A stretch of DNA of 63,720 nucleotides, the filler included, from Octopus bimaculoides (taxonomy: Eukaryota): the NCBI RefSeq assembly GCF_001194135.2. It is 7 parts of 7 records of this genome, joined end to end, with 100 filler letters (N's around TTAATTAATTAA, not from the genome) between each part and the next. Parts side by side here need not be neighbours in the genome. Positions count along the whole stretch, not along the records: positions 1 to 25,455 come from NC_069000.1; positions 25,556 to 31,838 come from NC_068986.1; positions 31,939 to 39,309 come from NC_068989.1; 4 more parts are not named here. The stretch is one strand, 5' to 3'. The notes under the pieces are model-generated. The model saw nothing but the letters and a program-made list of their open reading frames with translations. It did not search any database and was not told where the DNA came from. Of the stretch, positions 24,385 through 38,874 are shown piece after piece (position 1 is the stretch's first letter; the number at the start of each line of letters is the position of its first letter). The position numbers were made by a program, and so were the translations under genes.

Positions 24385-25229
24385 AAGCAAATTTAAAATG
24401 AAAAAAGCAAATAAAACGAAGAATCGTTTGTTTATGTAGTCGGCACTTAATGTATATCGGCTGAATGGACGTCAGTGATTGGTTGAAATTATCGAAATAA
24501 GACAATTTTTTACATGAAATAAATTCGAATACAAAAATATTTTTCTGTTCTATAACACAAAATAGATAAGTATACGAAGTTTGAAAGTCTTTCGGTACCA
24601 AAAACACTACGTAAAACATTAATGAAAAATGTGGCCCCCGTTTTAAAAAAGATCCGCATTTTTTTTTTCAAATTAATTGTAACATGAGGTCATAGAAAGA
24701 GAAGGATACAATAGCCATAGTGTGAATAATATAACGTCTTTGATCCTTGCATTGTTCAATCACAGGTATTTTTATCATGCTGTATATTGCATGTAGGTCA
24801 CACATACACAAACACATTTATATAATATATATACGTATACATGCATACATGCGCATATGATATACTTTTTTATGACATATATGATATATGATATGCGCGC
24901 GCGTGTGTGTGTGTGTACGTATGAAAAATCAAAATGTAACGTGGAAACGATCCACGGAAAAGGACAAAGGAGTAATAAGCATGGAGAACCCTTCCTCAGT
25001 TATGGAAACCAGACTTACAAGCGCAGTTTCGGCGCATCTGGAAACTTTAATTTTTATCGTTTCGCTCGCCTGGTAGCGCTAGTGATATAGGGTATATAAC
25101 CATACATACTTACATACATACATATATATAACTTAGATAACTTAGCTATATTTCGACCAAAGATTGGCCCAGGCCATGTCTAACTTAACAGCACCACGTG
25201 ATACGATTAGCCAAATCCTTTTAAGTCAA

Positions 25230-25455
25230 GTTTTGTTGTATCATGGTCCATTCGGGTAAGGGGTTCTTTTTGAGTGAGTTGTATCCAGGTATAGGTGGAT
25301 TATCTGGTATTCCTTAAAGAAATTTGCCAGATTTCGTTTCAACGTGTTGGGATCCTTTTTTTCTATGATCTGTTTCGGGACAATGTTAAATAGGGCATGC
25401 CCTGTTGGGGAAAAGGAATTGTGTCACAGTGTATTTTGGTGTCGTGATCCTGAAT
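25230..25455 (-). mobile_element. Degenerate 3' end of a CR1/L2-group LINE
   Basis: Broken reading HNSFS..GHALFNIVPK...FFKE.IPDNPPIPGYNSLKKNPLPEW, the typical C-terminus of CR1/L2-like ORF2. Confidence 0.55.
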
Positions 25456-25555
25456 NNNNNNNNNNNNNNNNNNNNNNNNNNNNNNNNNNNNNNNNNNNNT
25501 TAATTAATTAANNNNNNNNNNNNNNNNNNNNNNNNNNNNNNNNNNNNNNNNNNNN
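25456..25555. other. Artificial 100-bp scaffold spacer (44 N + TTAATTAATTAA + 44 N); also at 31839, 39310, 56543, 60789 and 62601
   Basis: Identical geometry at six sites; the 12-mer gives stops in all six frames. Confidence 0.95.
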
Positions 25556-25909
25556 ATATATATTCTTTAATTCTTTTATTTGTTTCAGTCATTTGATTGT
25601 GGCCATGCTGGAGCACTGCCTTTAGTCAAACAAATCGACCCCATTCTATTGGTTTCTTTTGCTGAACCACTAAGTTACGGGGACGTAAACACACCAACAT
25701 TGGTTGCCAAGCGATAGTGGGGTAGACACACAAATGCACACACACACACATACGACGGACTTCTTTGAGTTTCTGCCTACCAAATCCACTCGCAAGGCTT
25801 TGGTCAGCCCGAAGCTATAGTACAAGACACTTGCACATGGTGCCATGAGGTGAGACTGAACCCGGAACCATGTGATTGGTAAGCAAGCTACTTACCACAC
25901 ACCCACTCC

Positions 25910-25979
<70 letters not shown>

Positions 25980-26289
25980 CGGAGAGAGTGAGCAAAGAGA
26001 GAAAGCAAGCGTTATGTGTCATAGAATAGTTTCATATACTGCCCTCTACCTTTCTCCTAACCTGATATTTGTCATTGAACTAACTCAAGGTTTCTATGTA
26101 AGTTGAGCAATGAAAGACAGAATTAGTGGAGAGGAAAAAGAATTAGAGAAAGATAGAAAGGGGAGAAAGAGATTGAAGTAGAGAAGAAAAAAAGAGTGAA
26201 AGGGGGGAAATGAAATGGACAACCATTAGACTGATAGGGACAATTAGTCAGACAGATAAATAAACATCAGTATTTATCTATATGTATGT

Positions 26290-28000
26290 ATGTCATTATT
26301 CAGTTTTTATGTATGTCATTGTTCAATTTTATTTCAAGATTTCTTGCCAATAGAGAAAGAGTCGGTTTCTAACCTAAATTCAAGGTTCATTTCATTGGAA
26401 TTTCAACATCAACAACAGGGTATTTTTGTTTGTTTGCATGTATGTATGTATGTATGTATGTGTGTGTATGTATGTGTGTATGTATGTTATCAATCAGTTT
26501 CATTTTTGTATTTCTTGTCCAAAGAGAAAGAGCCGGACTCTAGCATAGATTCAAGGCTCCTTTATTGGAACTTTTATCAACATCATCTAGGTATTTGTGC
26601 ATATGTGTGTGTGTGCAGTATTTGGTGTTAGTGTATGCGCAGATTTGTATGTTTGTTTTATGGATGCGTTTTTATGTCTAGATGCATGCATATGTATTTA
26701 TGTGCTAAATTTTTGGAAAGTTTTACATATCTTTACAGTTCCATTGATGGCTTGAATCTGTAGTCTTCTAATCAGCCTTTTTCTTTCAGGTTTTGAGAAC
26801 CCTAATTTTTCCAGGTTTTTGTTGAGGCAGTATGTATGTATGTATGTATGAATGTATGTATGTATGTATGTGTGTGTGTATGCATGTATATATGTATGTA
26901 TGTATATGTGCAGATTTTTATGTTTTGCTTTATGCATGTATTCTCATGCATATAGTTGCATATCAAGAAATGTTCATATATATTTAAATGATAAACTTCT
27001 GGAAAGTTTTACAGATTTTTAATAGTTCCAGTAGTAGATTGGATCTGTTGTCTTCAAATTAACTTTCTCCTTTCTGATTTTGAGAAGCCTAATTTCTCAA
27101 GATTGGTATTTAGGCAGTGTGTTACATATCCCAAGGCCTCAATAATTACAGGTATGAACCTGAACTTGTAATCTGGATAAGGTAACTGCAGATTTCTCAA
27201 TAGTTCAGTATAGATATTCTCTTTTACACTGATCTTCAGCTTTATGTTAACATCTGCTGGGTGGCTAATTTCCACCACTGAGCACAGTTTCTCTTCTCTA
27301 TCCCAAATCATTGTATCAGGTCTGTTGTACTTACATTTTATTGAGGTCTTCCTTTGAACATTCTACCAGTACTCCTTTTCATTATGAGTGGCTATGGTTT
27401 CTACCATAATGTGGGTTCTAATTTCTTTGTCCTGAGGGTTATCTTTCAAACAGATTTCATTATAGAGTGTCCTAGCTACAGCATCATGTCCCATCAGTAG
27501 ATAATACCGTGATGACATTTACAGACACTGCTTATGATGTGGGTGATATCTTCAGTGTTAACTCCACAAAGTCTGCATAGGTTGTCACATTTTCTTGCTT
27601 TTCCCTCATCTCTGTCCCTTTTGTGTATCAGATACTTGGTTGATATTTCCTGTTCCTGGATTGCAAACGCATACCCTTCAAAGTGAGAGGTAGTAAATCG
27701 GCTATTGGTCCATGATAAACTGCTTTGATGATTGATGTTACTATCATCTCGGAGCTTTCTACTAACATATTTATGCATAGTCTTCTGCTCATATAGGCTC
27801 ATCCTTTCATCTGATGATGCATTGTGGTAGAGTCATTGGACTTCTTTGGGCATGTATTCTAGGTTATCAAACAAAGAATGTTGCTCAAGGAGCTGCCTTC
27901 TAAGTCCTATGATGTTATCAGCCTCTTGTATGCAAACTTGGTCAAGGGATGTACTTCGACACTTGTTGGTTAAAAGATGTTGCCAAAGGGATATGATACG
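26290..28000 (-). mobile_element. R4/Dong-like RLE non-LTR retrotransposon fragments in tandem within (TATG/CATA)n
   Basis: CCHC knuckle CRLCGVNTEDITHIISS.C and RLE domain W..EEKLCSVVEISHPADVNI...KENIY..L...IPVIIEALG. A second copy of the C-terminus (LEKLGFSK.ER..LI..KICKTFQKF) lies at 26698-26830, with two 3'-UTR copies below it. Confidence 0.85.
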
Positions 28001-28379
28001 ACATGTATGTATGTATGTATGCATGCATGCATGTATGTATGTTAGACCCCTTCGGTTATGAATAACCATGGGATTGCACCTAGAAAGTTCCCCTCTGAGG
28101 CACAAGTCCAGGCAAGGTTGTTGTATGGAAGACCAGCAGTTGCCCATGCATACCAGCCTCCTCTCTCCGCACCACCGATGTTATCCAAGGGAAAAGCAAA
28201 GGCCAATACAGCTTGGCACCAATGACATCGCAACTCGTTTCTTCAGCTGAGTGAACTGGAGCAACATGAAATAAAGTGTCTTGCTCAAGAATGCAACACA
28301 GCCAAACTCTCCAATAGCACCATCCTAGTGCTCTTAAATATGCGAGTGAGACTCAGGCAACTATGAAGAGGTATAACAT

Positions 28380-28880
28380 TGATTGGTTGCAATGCAAAGC
28401 ACCATGGAAAAATCCATGCTAGGATTATCACTATCAAATCATATTTGAGAACAGAGCAGAGTAAATGATGTTATCACAGAATACTGAAAACACAGGATAC
28501 GCAAATTCCTTATCCTTTGGTCCTCACTTGCACATGCTTTCCGCAACCCAAATTCTTGAATGCATTGTGACCACAGTTCAGTTGTGCATAAAACTTTCAG
28601 ATTTTGTCTTGTCTGACCGTATGAATCAATGTGTTCACTAATTGGTAATCTGTGTTAATAGTTAGTTGACAGTCGTTACAGTGTGGTTTGTTTTCAATGC
28701 TGGCTTCCTTTTTTTTAAACTCCATCTATTTAAGCACATTGGTCTCACATTGCTCTTGTCGATGGTGTTGCCTTTGTAAATGATTTGTAGCCTTCTGTGG
28801 AATGTCAGACAGCCTGCACACTCCTTCATCAAAAACTCAATAACAGCTTGTTACACCTGCTTGGAATCAATTATTTGCCC
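28380..28880 (-). mobile_element. Mariner transposase N-terminal relic
   Basis: Degenerate reading AVIEFL..ECAG.SDI..RL..IYKGNTIDKS.V...FKK..ASIENKP...LG.RK.CA.W, with frameshifts. Confidence 0.65.
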
Positions 28881-31730
28881 GCAATGAGGAAGAACTAGAG
28901 GAAAAAGAAGATAAAGGAAGATTTACTCTACTACTATGTGCAATTTGGATGACTAGTCAGTCAATATAAAAGTCATGACCAAAGTAGCGAGCTAGCAGAA
29001 TCATTAGTATCTGTCTTTACATTCTGAGTTCAAATTCCAAAGGTCAACTTTGCCTTTCATCCCTTTTGGGGTCAATAAAATAAATACCAATTACACACTA
29101 GGGCTGATGTAATCAACTTAGCCCCCATCCCACCCCACCCCAAAATTTCTGGCCTTGTGCCAAAAACTGAAATCAATAGAAAATTCATGCCCACTTTTGC
29201 ATTACTTTTCATATAACATTGCATATGTGTGTATGTGTGTGTGTGTACACACATACACACACTCACATATGCATACCTACATATACAGACAAATCCTTTA
29301 TAAAATACACACAAACGCACACAAATACACACACATATACATTTATGTATATATAATCCAGGCACACACACACTTGTATGTATGTATGTATGTACGTATG
29401 TATGCATGTATGTATGTATGTATGTATTCAGATAGATAGTACAATAAAAATGAAAGATAGATAAGAATAGATTGCAGACATACATAAATCTTGGTAGTAC
29501 GATTCTAGTTCATCCAAGTAATGAACGTAATCATTGCACTAAAAGTAAGTTAGCTAGACTAATTTGCATATATAAAATATTCTTGGCAATTAGTTCAGTT
29601 AATAAATTATTGGTTTTGTTAACAGTGTTTTGTTTCAAAGCTGTTCTCTGCTACAGAATGTGTTTATAATGATTTAAATACCTTCTGTAGTACAATACAG
29701 CACTGAGACAGAGTGCACCAATAACTTATTAATTGAAATAGCTACCAAAAATACTTAATATATGCAAATTGGTCTGTCCAATATATTTAAAATCTTAGTA
29801 ACACTGAGTTTATAACAACTTTCTCTGTATTGAGTTACAAAGGCTGATTGGTTCCTTTTTTTTTTGTCCACAAACATGTTGTATATATAGAGACAAGGAT
29901 TTACATCTGTCTATCTCATACAGTTATAGGATTCGTTAGAATCCATTATTTCAACATGCAGGATACTGGGAACAGTCGGGTAGTAGGTTCAATATATATG
30001 AGTACATGCAGACAAACATGTATTTATACATGTCTTGCAAGTACTTGGTGACCTTCTCAATGCAGGTGCCACTTAATAGCACCCAGTCCACACTGTAAAG
30101 TGGTTGGTATTCAGAAGGGCTTCCAGCTGTAAAAACCTTGCCAAAACTGACCTCGCATGTGCTTGTGTCACGTAAAAAGTACTAAATCAACTCTGCTGAG
30201 TGGTTGGTGTTAGAAAGGCAATCCAGCTGTAAAAATCCAGTGCAGGCTTCTGGCCAGCTCTTGTGAAACTATCCCACCCATGCTAGTATGGAAGGCAGAT
30301 GTTAAATGATGATGATGATGAACACACATATCATATGCATAAATATATACAGCCTACACATACATGTATACACATATATATGCATGTGCATATATATTCA
30401 AACCAACCAATATTTAGGATGCTATACACTATACCACCAGAAACAATTAAAAGATCACCCTAAAAAATTATCCTTTATCAGTTCAGTCAGTGAACCCCAA
30501 CAGCTGATGGCTGTAGGAGCTGTACTTGTTTTCTTCAGTATTCATTGAAGATAGTCATACCTTAAATGAGATTGAAAAAAGGAATGTACTACCCATCCTT
30601 GACATCTGCAGACTGAATAGCAAAATAAGTCTAACATCACCACACATACCCCCATCCCCATATAACTACCATTCCTTCCTCTCTTTCCATCACCTTCCCC
30701 TCCTCCCCACCAAATACACACAGAAATACCTACATCACTCAATCAACCTTTGCCCTGGTCAAAAGGGATAAACAACCCTCTGTTAAGCATCCGTTAATGT
30801 TATATTGCCTGAAGAAATTGATCCATGAAGATGATCGACCTGATGCCCACGAATACTACGGACTACACTGTAATCATCCAAGGAATATGGACCATGATCT
30901 TAAGAGACATGGGATTTGTGGAAACACATATAGTACTGCATTAAGTGTTTATAAATTCCATCCAAGAATTATTTTACTACTACTGTATCTATCCTACATT
31001 ATATTGGTACAGCTCAATGCAACCCCAAAATACAGGTTCACCAATCAGCATCATTAAACTGTGGCCAGCATAATGGAAGAGGAACTTTACTTGCATACTC
31101 AAAACATTTCCTGTAAACACACCATCAATGCACATGTCATTGTGTAGAATATATTTGTCAACACACATGCTTTCTCTCTGACAAAAGAGTTCTCATGTTT
31201 GGCTTGTTACTATGGAAACAGGCATGAACGTGTCTATGGCTTACAATTGGTTAAAATTACCCAAAATTTTCAAACTTTAATTGCTAATAACTCTTTATTT
31301 ATTGATTTATAGCAAAAATGATTTTTACAACATTCATTAGCCTATAAAAGAGTATCATTGCACTGAATGTAAAACCAATGTGAACAGAAATTGATGCTGG
31401 CAGCCAAACCAACTAGATCCATCAATTGAATAAGTTTCAGTCTTAAAAAAAAAAAAAGAAATACAAGGATTGATTCATTCAGCTAAAATTCTTCCAGATG
31501 GCCAGTCTAATGACTGAAACAAATAAAAGATAAAATATATTTACAATGAAAGCAATATTAGTATGGAAGAGCAATTTGTTTATCTAACTTAACATGAATA
31601 TGACATGCAAATAAACAGAAATCACATTATCTAACTGGGCATTTTTCATCTGCTATTGATATTTCTGTGCTTTTAGCACTATATGTGTATATGAGATGCA
31701 TTCTAAGACAAATATTTATCTTGATACACG

Positions 31731-31773
<43 letters not shown>

Positions 31774-32103
31774 TCTTTTTACTCTTTACTCTTTTACTTG
31801 TTTCAGTCATTTGACTGTGGCCATGCTGGAGCACCGCCNNNNNNNNNNNNNNNNNNNNNNNNNNNNNNNNNNNNNNNNNNNNTTAATTAATTAANNNNNN
31901 NNNNNNNNNNNNNNNNNNNNNNNNNNNNNNNNNNNNNNATATATATACACGACGTGCTTCTTTCAGTTTCCGTCTAGCAAATCCATTCACAAGGCTTTAG
32001 TCGGCCCGAGGCTATAGTAGAAGACACTTGTCCAAGGTGCCACGCAGTGGGACTGAACTGGAAACCATGTGGTCGGTAAGCAAGCTACTTACCACACAGC
32101 CAT

Positions 32104-32135
<32 letters not shown>

Positions 32136-34237
32136 CATGTATGTATATACATGTATATAAGTATATATGTATGTGTATATAAATATATATATATATGTAT
32201 ATACATATATGTAATATAACTATGTATATATATGTATGTATATATGTATGTATATATATATAGTTATATTGTGTGCATCTCTCTAACACAAAAATACACA
32301 CACTCACACACACACACACATGTACGTATGTATAAGTAGTGGTTGCATATACCTGTATACTAATCTCACTAGCGCCAGATTGCTGCAAGCGACGGTGATT
32401 TTATGGATAAATACATTAAGAAATACGAACACCAGAATTGCCTATCAAAATAACAAAGTAAATTCTATTTGAACAACAAGATTCTTTGTTGTTTGGAAAT
32501 GTCATTCGGCATGTAAGATGTAACCTTTTAGCTTTGTCTTGCTATAAAGTAATAACAAAGTCTCATTCATTGTATACATACGAACAGATATGTCTTCTAA
32601 GTGTTGTGGTGTATATTTAGACCAAATCAGTCTAAATTGAACAGTTCTATGGCGTAAAGCACTCTAGTGTTCAAAGACGTTGTTTGATGGGAGAACGACC
32701 TGACGGCTATTAAAATGTTTAAACAGCCAATTTTAGTAAATGTTAATAAAAAATACTGCTTTCATTAGTCATTTAATATGATCTTTATATAAATGCTTTA
32801 ACGTTCTCTCTTTATATTTCTCCAGTTCTTTTCGACTGCGATCAACTCCACTATTTATTTTCTCGCGCTGTTTTCAAACTTAGACTCACTCACCAGGATA
32901 ACTTGTGATGGTTTTCGCAATTATAACAATATTGTTACAGCAATTGTCGTCTGATCATTGCCTGCCTTTGATCATAGTTCTGCTCGGACGAGAAATGGCG
33001 TGTGTGTCTGGGTATCAGAGTGGATGAAGAATGAAAGTAGTCAGCTCAGAGGACTAGAGATCACCATGGTATAATGGAAAAGCAAGAAAAAAGAGACAGC
33101 ACATCTGTTATGCATTAGAGTTGATTTCCGAGCTGTCCCATACCAATTAATCGAGTTGATTTTCTTTAGACGCCGTCTAAGATGTCTGTATATGTAGTAG
33201 CAGCATCGTCCACTATGCTGGAGCAGTTCTCTAGTGGATGTCAAGTGTATCTGTTGCTAATGATATATAGGTCTTAGAACATTGACACAATCCATAAATT
33301 TTGAAGAATACAACCGATAAAATCAAATTCTGGACTTTATCTTTATCTTATTTCTACCAGGAGTATGAAAAACATGGTTAACATCGGTAGGATTTGAACT
33401 AAAAATGTTATGAGCTGTAATTATTATAGAATATCGCAAAGCAGTTTGTCCGCTATGCTAACGATTCAACCAGACAAGAGAACGTTGCCTCTAAAAAAAA
33501 ACACAAAGGTTAAAATTTACATATTAATCAAATTGCTTACAGAACAACGAACCCCTAGAAAGAAATATACTGACCAGCAACTTTTGCACTTATCCACATC
33601 CTCTTGAGAAATTCAAAGTAAAAGATATCCTAACGTGGTACATTAATTACCTCTACCTACCAAATACAAACAGGAAATACCCTATATGACAACAACAAGG
33701 AAACTTACTGATCAACTAAAACATACCACCTGCTTACATCCTTTTGTGAACCCTAAAAAATTCCATTCCAAAAATGGCACACCCAATTAAATTTTTCAAT
33801 ATTGGACTCGACTTTGAACTTTGACTTGTACATTGCCAAAGCAAAGGATTAAATTCAATAAAACCAAGATTAGCTAAAACTAATGGCAGATCCGCTGACC
33901 GAAAAACTTTCTCTTCCTACTATTAAAAAAACAATCCTATGACCTGAAGCTAGCGCACCTGAATATACACATCCGTTTACAAAGTTCTACGCGCATGAAT
34001 GAATTTTGAACAATAGCATAAACCCAAGTTAAAAGGAAAATTTCTCTACAACATCTCTCCATCACAACCCATCCAACATTCTAATTACTATAAGAAAGCA
34101 GGTGTTTACCTGGTTTATCCCACTACGGAGTGCCACGGCCAAGTTATTTTCTACCACAGACTCAGTCGACAAAAGCCTTCTGAATAATATTTGATAGGTG
34201 GAAACTTTTTGGAAGCCTGTCGTACATACTCACATAC

Positions 34238-34268
<31 letters not shown>

Positions 34269-35398
34269 AACACACATACACACACACAGACACACACACA
34301 AAGACACACACATACACACACAGGCACATGCACACACATACGCATATACACATACATACAGCGCACACACACACAACACACTCAAACATATATAAACACA
34401 CTTGTGTGTTTATATATGTGTGCGAGTGTGCGAGTGTACTTGTGTGCGAGTGTACTTGTGTGCGAGTGTACTTGTGCGAGTGTGCGAGTGTGCGAGTGTA
34501 CTTGTGTGCGAGTGCGTATATATATATATACACCACAGAAAAAGGAACAGACTTGAAAAGAACTTCCGAACCACACAATCATAGCTTTTAAGTTCTAAAG
34601 AAAATATATATGGCCCGATCAAAACAATTATGTTATTTAAAAAGCTATACTAATTGGTGCCACATTAAATAAACGTTCGAAATCTTTTCTTTTGTTTTTA
34701 TTTCCTTCGTGTTTTTCTATTGTTTTTCATTTTGTTTCTCTTTCTTATTTATTTATTTATTTTTCTTTTTTTTGTATGTTAATGCGAAAATTTAAAATTC
34801 TGTAATGTTTTATTTTCTCGTTTGAAACTAATTTATTGAGAAGTTAAGAAACTATAAATATAATTATAGCCAAATAACGTCAAATAAAATTGTTGCTGCG
34901 CAGCCGGATCGAACATTTTTTTATTTAAGATTTAAGTACATCGCTTTGCAAAACATCATTCATGATTGTCATTATTGATTTCCCACACCATGACGTATCT
35001 GCTGAATGAATTTTTCCCCAGTGAATAACTGGTACTGGTACTGAGTCTCTGATTATATTGGTTTTATTATTTCTATTATTTATTATTTCAGTATTTATTT
35101 TTAGGATTTTTCTAAAAAATATTTCAAAGTTATTTCGCTAATTTATTCATTAACCTTTCATATTTTACTGATTTATATTTTTCGATCTTACTTTACATAG
35201 CAAGGAAGAAGACAAGGAGCAATTTAGTTTTCTCGTGTCTTTTTTTCTTTTTTAAAAGTTTCAGTCATTTGACTGCGACCATGCTGGAGCACCGCCTTTA
35301 GTCGAGCAAATCGACCCCAGGACTTATTCACTTTGGCCGAACCGATAACTTACGGGGACGTAAACGCACCAACAACGGCTATCAAGCGNNNNNNNNNN

Positions 35399-35432
<34 letters not shown>

Positions 35433-35435
<3 letters not shown>

Positions 35436-35591
35436 CAGTTTTACTCAGCGCCGTATTACTTCAAGTTTCATAGGTGCGTAGGACACAGCAATCTCATCAG
35501 ATATGAGAAGAGTCTTCTGATATCTGATGAGACTGCCGCGCCGTACACACACACGAAACTTTAAACCATATAGAGCTGAGTGAAGCTGTTA
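35433..35591. repeat. 159-bp ungapped foldback (79-bp arms, 1-nt centre), TA-flanked
   Basis: Arm comparison by hand gives 60/79 identity, with the inner 20 bp at 19/20. Confidence 0.85.
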
Positions 35592-38500
35592 TTAAAAATG
35601 TGTGTGCACAAGTATGTGTGTGTGTGTTTTTGTTTATCCACCACCACCGCTAGGTGGTACAGGGTTGTTTACGCCTCGGTACATCAGCAGGTTGGCGAAT
35701 AAGATCGATAAACCATGTTAAATATGTACCTGGTTAGATTTGTTTGAGTAAAACCCTTCAATGCGATGCCCCAGTATGACCACGATCCAATAACTAAAAG
35801 ATGTAAAGTATGGCTGAAAGGAGATTAACTAGTAGAAAAGCGTCTGGAGGACGATGTTTCTCTTTGTGTGAATAATAAAAGAAAAGAAACCTGTTTGTTA
35901 AAGAACGCTAAAAATATTCGATGAACCATTAGAATATATATCGGACCCATTATTTTAATTATTTGGAAATAGCAAAGTTTCCATAAATGTAATATGTTGT
36001 TTCAAAAGTGAGTCGTTAATCAGATAATCTTTTGGAATGCAACACACTTATTGAAGTATTGAAACTCTTAATTAAAATTGGCTGTGATTTATCATTGACT
36101 GTAAATAAGAAGAAAGCAATTCCGATGGTTGTAAATATTGATTTTTCTTACTGTTGCTATTTAAACTGTCATTTTAGTTATTTTGAAACAGTTTAAAGAA
36201 CAAGAAAGGAATCTGTCACTGTATATTGTTGTTGTCGTTTAGCCTCCAAGAAAATCCGGTTTAATCAAGTATATGATCAAAGACATTCCAAGCGTGACTA
36301 TCCAGTACAACCTGGACGATATTATTTAAAGTGTAATCCGCATTAGAATGTTAAGATTTGACGAAAGTTTTCGATGCGATTTTTCTAGCAAGTCGAGCTT
36401 ATTGTGTGAAGGCTTTCTTGTTAGCTGAAGATCCACCCGTACCGAGTAGAAACATTTTACCGAATACCATGCGGTGTTTAATGATGAATACAGAAGGATC
36501 TAAGAATATCTACGTTTTTACTTGACCTGTAAGAAACAGCAGCCGAATTGCTATCAAATTACATTCTACTGTATTCTTTTAAGAGACATATTAGATAATA
36601 TAATTAGATAATATATATATATATAATCATAAATATATGAAGATAAATGGTTTTACCGATAAAGGTTTTTTCATACTGAACTACTTGGCAAAATTGTTAA
36701 TTANNNNNNNNNNGAGAGAGAGAAGGAATTAACCAAATATTTCCTAAAACAGTTAAAAACTTGGAAGGAAATTGTTCCAATTGAAAATCTATTAAATTCT
36801 AATTGCTGAAATTTCTGCATGATTGTAACCACTGAACAGAGATTTGTATGGATCCTAATAGTATCTTTTTTCTGTATAGAATACTAAAATAAACAAAAAA
36901 CACTTGATTTGTATTAAATATATATTAAATACGACATTATATTATCGAGATTTTGGGTCAAAATTTAAGAAATTTCCGAGAATAATTGTAGACTGTTGTT
37001 ACACAAATGAATCTTTAATCATAAGCTTTCATCAGATAATCACTTGACATAAACCCCAGAAATTTCAGTAGGGAACTATGTTAATTAAAATTCGTTGTGA
37101 TTTATGACTGGCGAGAGATAAAAAAGTAATTTCCATTATGACAAAAATTCATTTTCTTCTTTTTGCTTTCAATACTGCTTACCATCGTAATTTGTTATTT
37201 ATCTCAATGTACTTTTAGTCTGAAGTATGATTAGTAAGCGAACGTGTTACTTTATAATATTATAAGGCGGCCAACAGGAAGAAGCTTAGCGGCATTTTAT
37301 CCGTCTCCATGTTCGGAGCTCAAATTCCGCCGAGATCAACTTTGCTTTTCGGGTTCGAAAGGCAAACTGCTTGCCGGCATTTCTACCAGCTCTTTAAGTT
37401 TCCAGTCCAAATACCGCCAAGATAACTTTGCCTTTCGTCATTTCAGGATCGATAAAATAAATACCAATGGAACACTGAAGTTCATGTGACTAATCCCATC
37501 TCTCAAAAATTACTTGTCTTGTGCCTGTATTAGAAAAGCTTATTTCATAATACTGTTGCTGTTGCTGTCTGTTGTTCATCCATTTGAAACGCTCCACATT
37601 TATCTTTTACTTTGATGAGATATACTTCTTCTGTAACCTTATTGACATAAGTGATAGAAAATGGCTTTGACCGATGATCTCAACAGACTTCTGAAAATTT
37701 GCCTCATCAAACAGAAGCTTACAACTTGTCCTACCAGACAGAAGCTTGCAGTTTGTTCCACATGGCTTTTCAAAATGTGCAGTTTTTCTTTCCTCTGATA
37801 AAAAAGACAAAGCACTATCTCGGCAGTGATATTGTCGAGATTGCGATGTTCATCATTTTCCAAAGATCATTGGGTTTTTTTCCACTGGAATCTGAAGTCA
37901 GTTGTGTCTGGCGGAATGGCTGGCTGACATAGGTGGCTGGAATCTTACAATTTTATCTGAAGATGGCCGCCACACATTATGATATTTACACATTGGTACA
38001 ATATTATAGCTGCTGTGAGATAGCATAATCAAATAAATGAAGTGAGAGCTTAAAGTAATTTGATCTCATTGAAATTTGAATACAAAATATAGGACAAAAG
38101 TAAATTATAGTCTTACGACAGATTAGTGTTTCTGCCACCCTACCACTTCATTTGACTTCTATAATTATGCTGTATGAAACTATAGAATCATTCTATTTTT
38201 GAACATCGAAGACATAATTAAAATTACAGAGGACAAGAAAATTCTAAGCTCATAATGAAGCTGGGTCTATTGTCGTGTCTGTCAATTAATTTCATTGCTC
38301 ACCAAACTGGTATTAGATAATCTTTCATCTGCTTTCTAATATGTGTGAATGTCTGCCTAATGTAATTCGACAATGAGCGAATATAATCGCTTTCTTTTTA
38401 TCAAACATATACTTTACCACCACCAACACCATTACTGACCGATGATCGAATGCCAGTGAGCAGTGATGCGGCAAATTTAATATCCCTTCTACGTTCGATT

Positions 38501-38764
38501 CTTTGTTGATCAATTTCACTTGCTATTTCCCCACCCCCATAGACACGTATGGAGCCCACCAAATTTACTTGTTTATGATATGTCACATGAAAACAAAATA
38601 ATTCAAATGTAATCTCACGAATTATTCAGAATCACAATATGTTTATGACGATTGTCCAGTTCTGTGATTGAAGTAAATGTGGTAATTCTTTTTCTTTTAC
38701 TTGTTTCAGTCATTTGACTGCGGCCATGCTGGAGCTCCGCCTTTAGTCGAGCAAATCGACCCCA

Positions 38765-38816
38765 GATTATTATTATTATTATTATTATCATTATTATTAT
38801 CATTATTATTATTATA

Positions 38817-38872
<56 letters not shown>
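38765..38872. repeat. (ATT)n microsatellite, ~108 bp
   Basis: Directly visible. Confidence 0.95.

Positions 38873-38874
<2 letters not shown>

Noticed and set aside
25500-25511. Recurrent TTAATTAATTAA motif (six times) that might look like a repeat array or recombination site
   Set aside because: Always centred in exactly 44+44 N: an artificial all-frame-stop linker.
34095-34165. Open minus-strand exon-like segment RLLSTESVVENNLAVALRSGINQ with a good donor
   Set aside because: It aligns to a diverged SINE A head.
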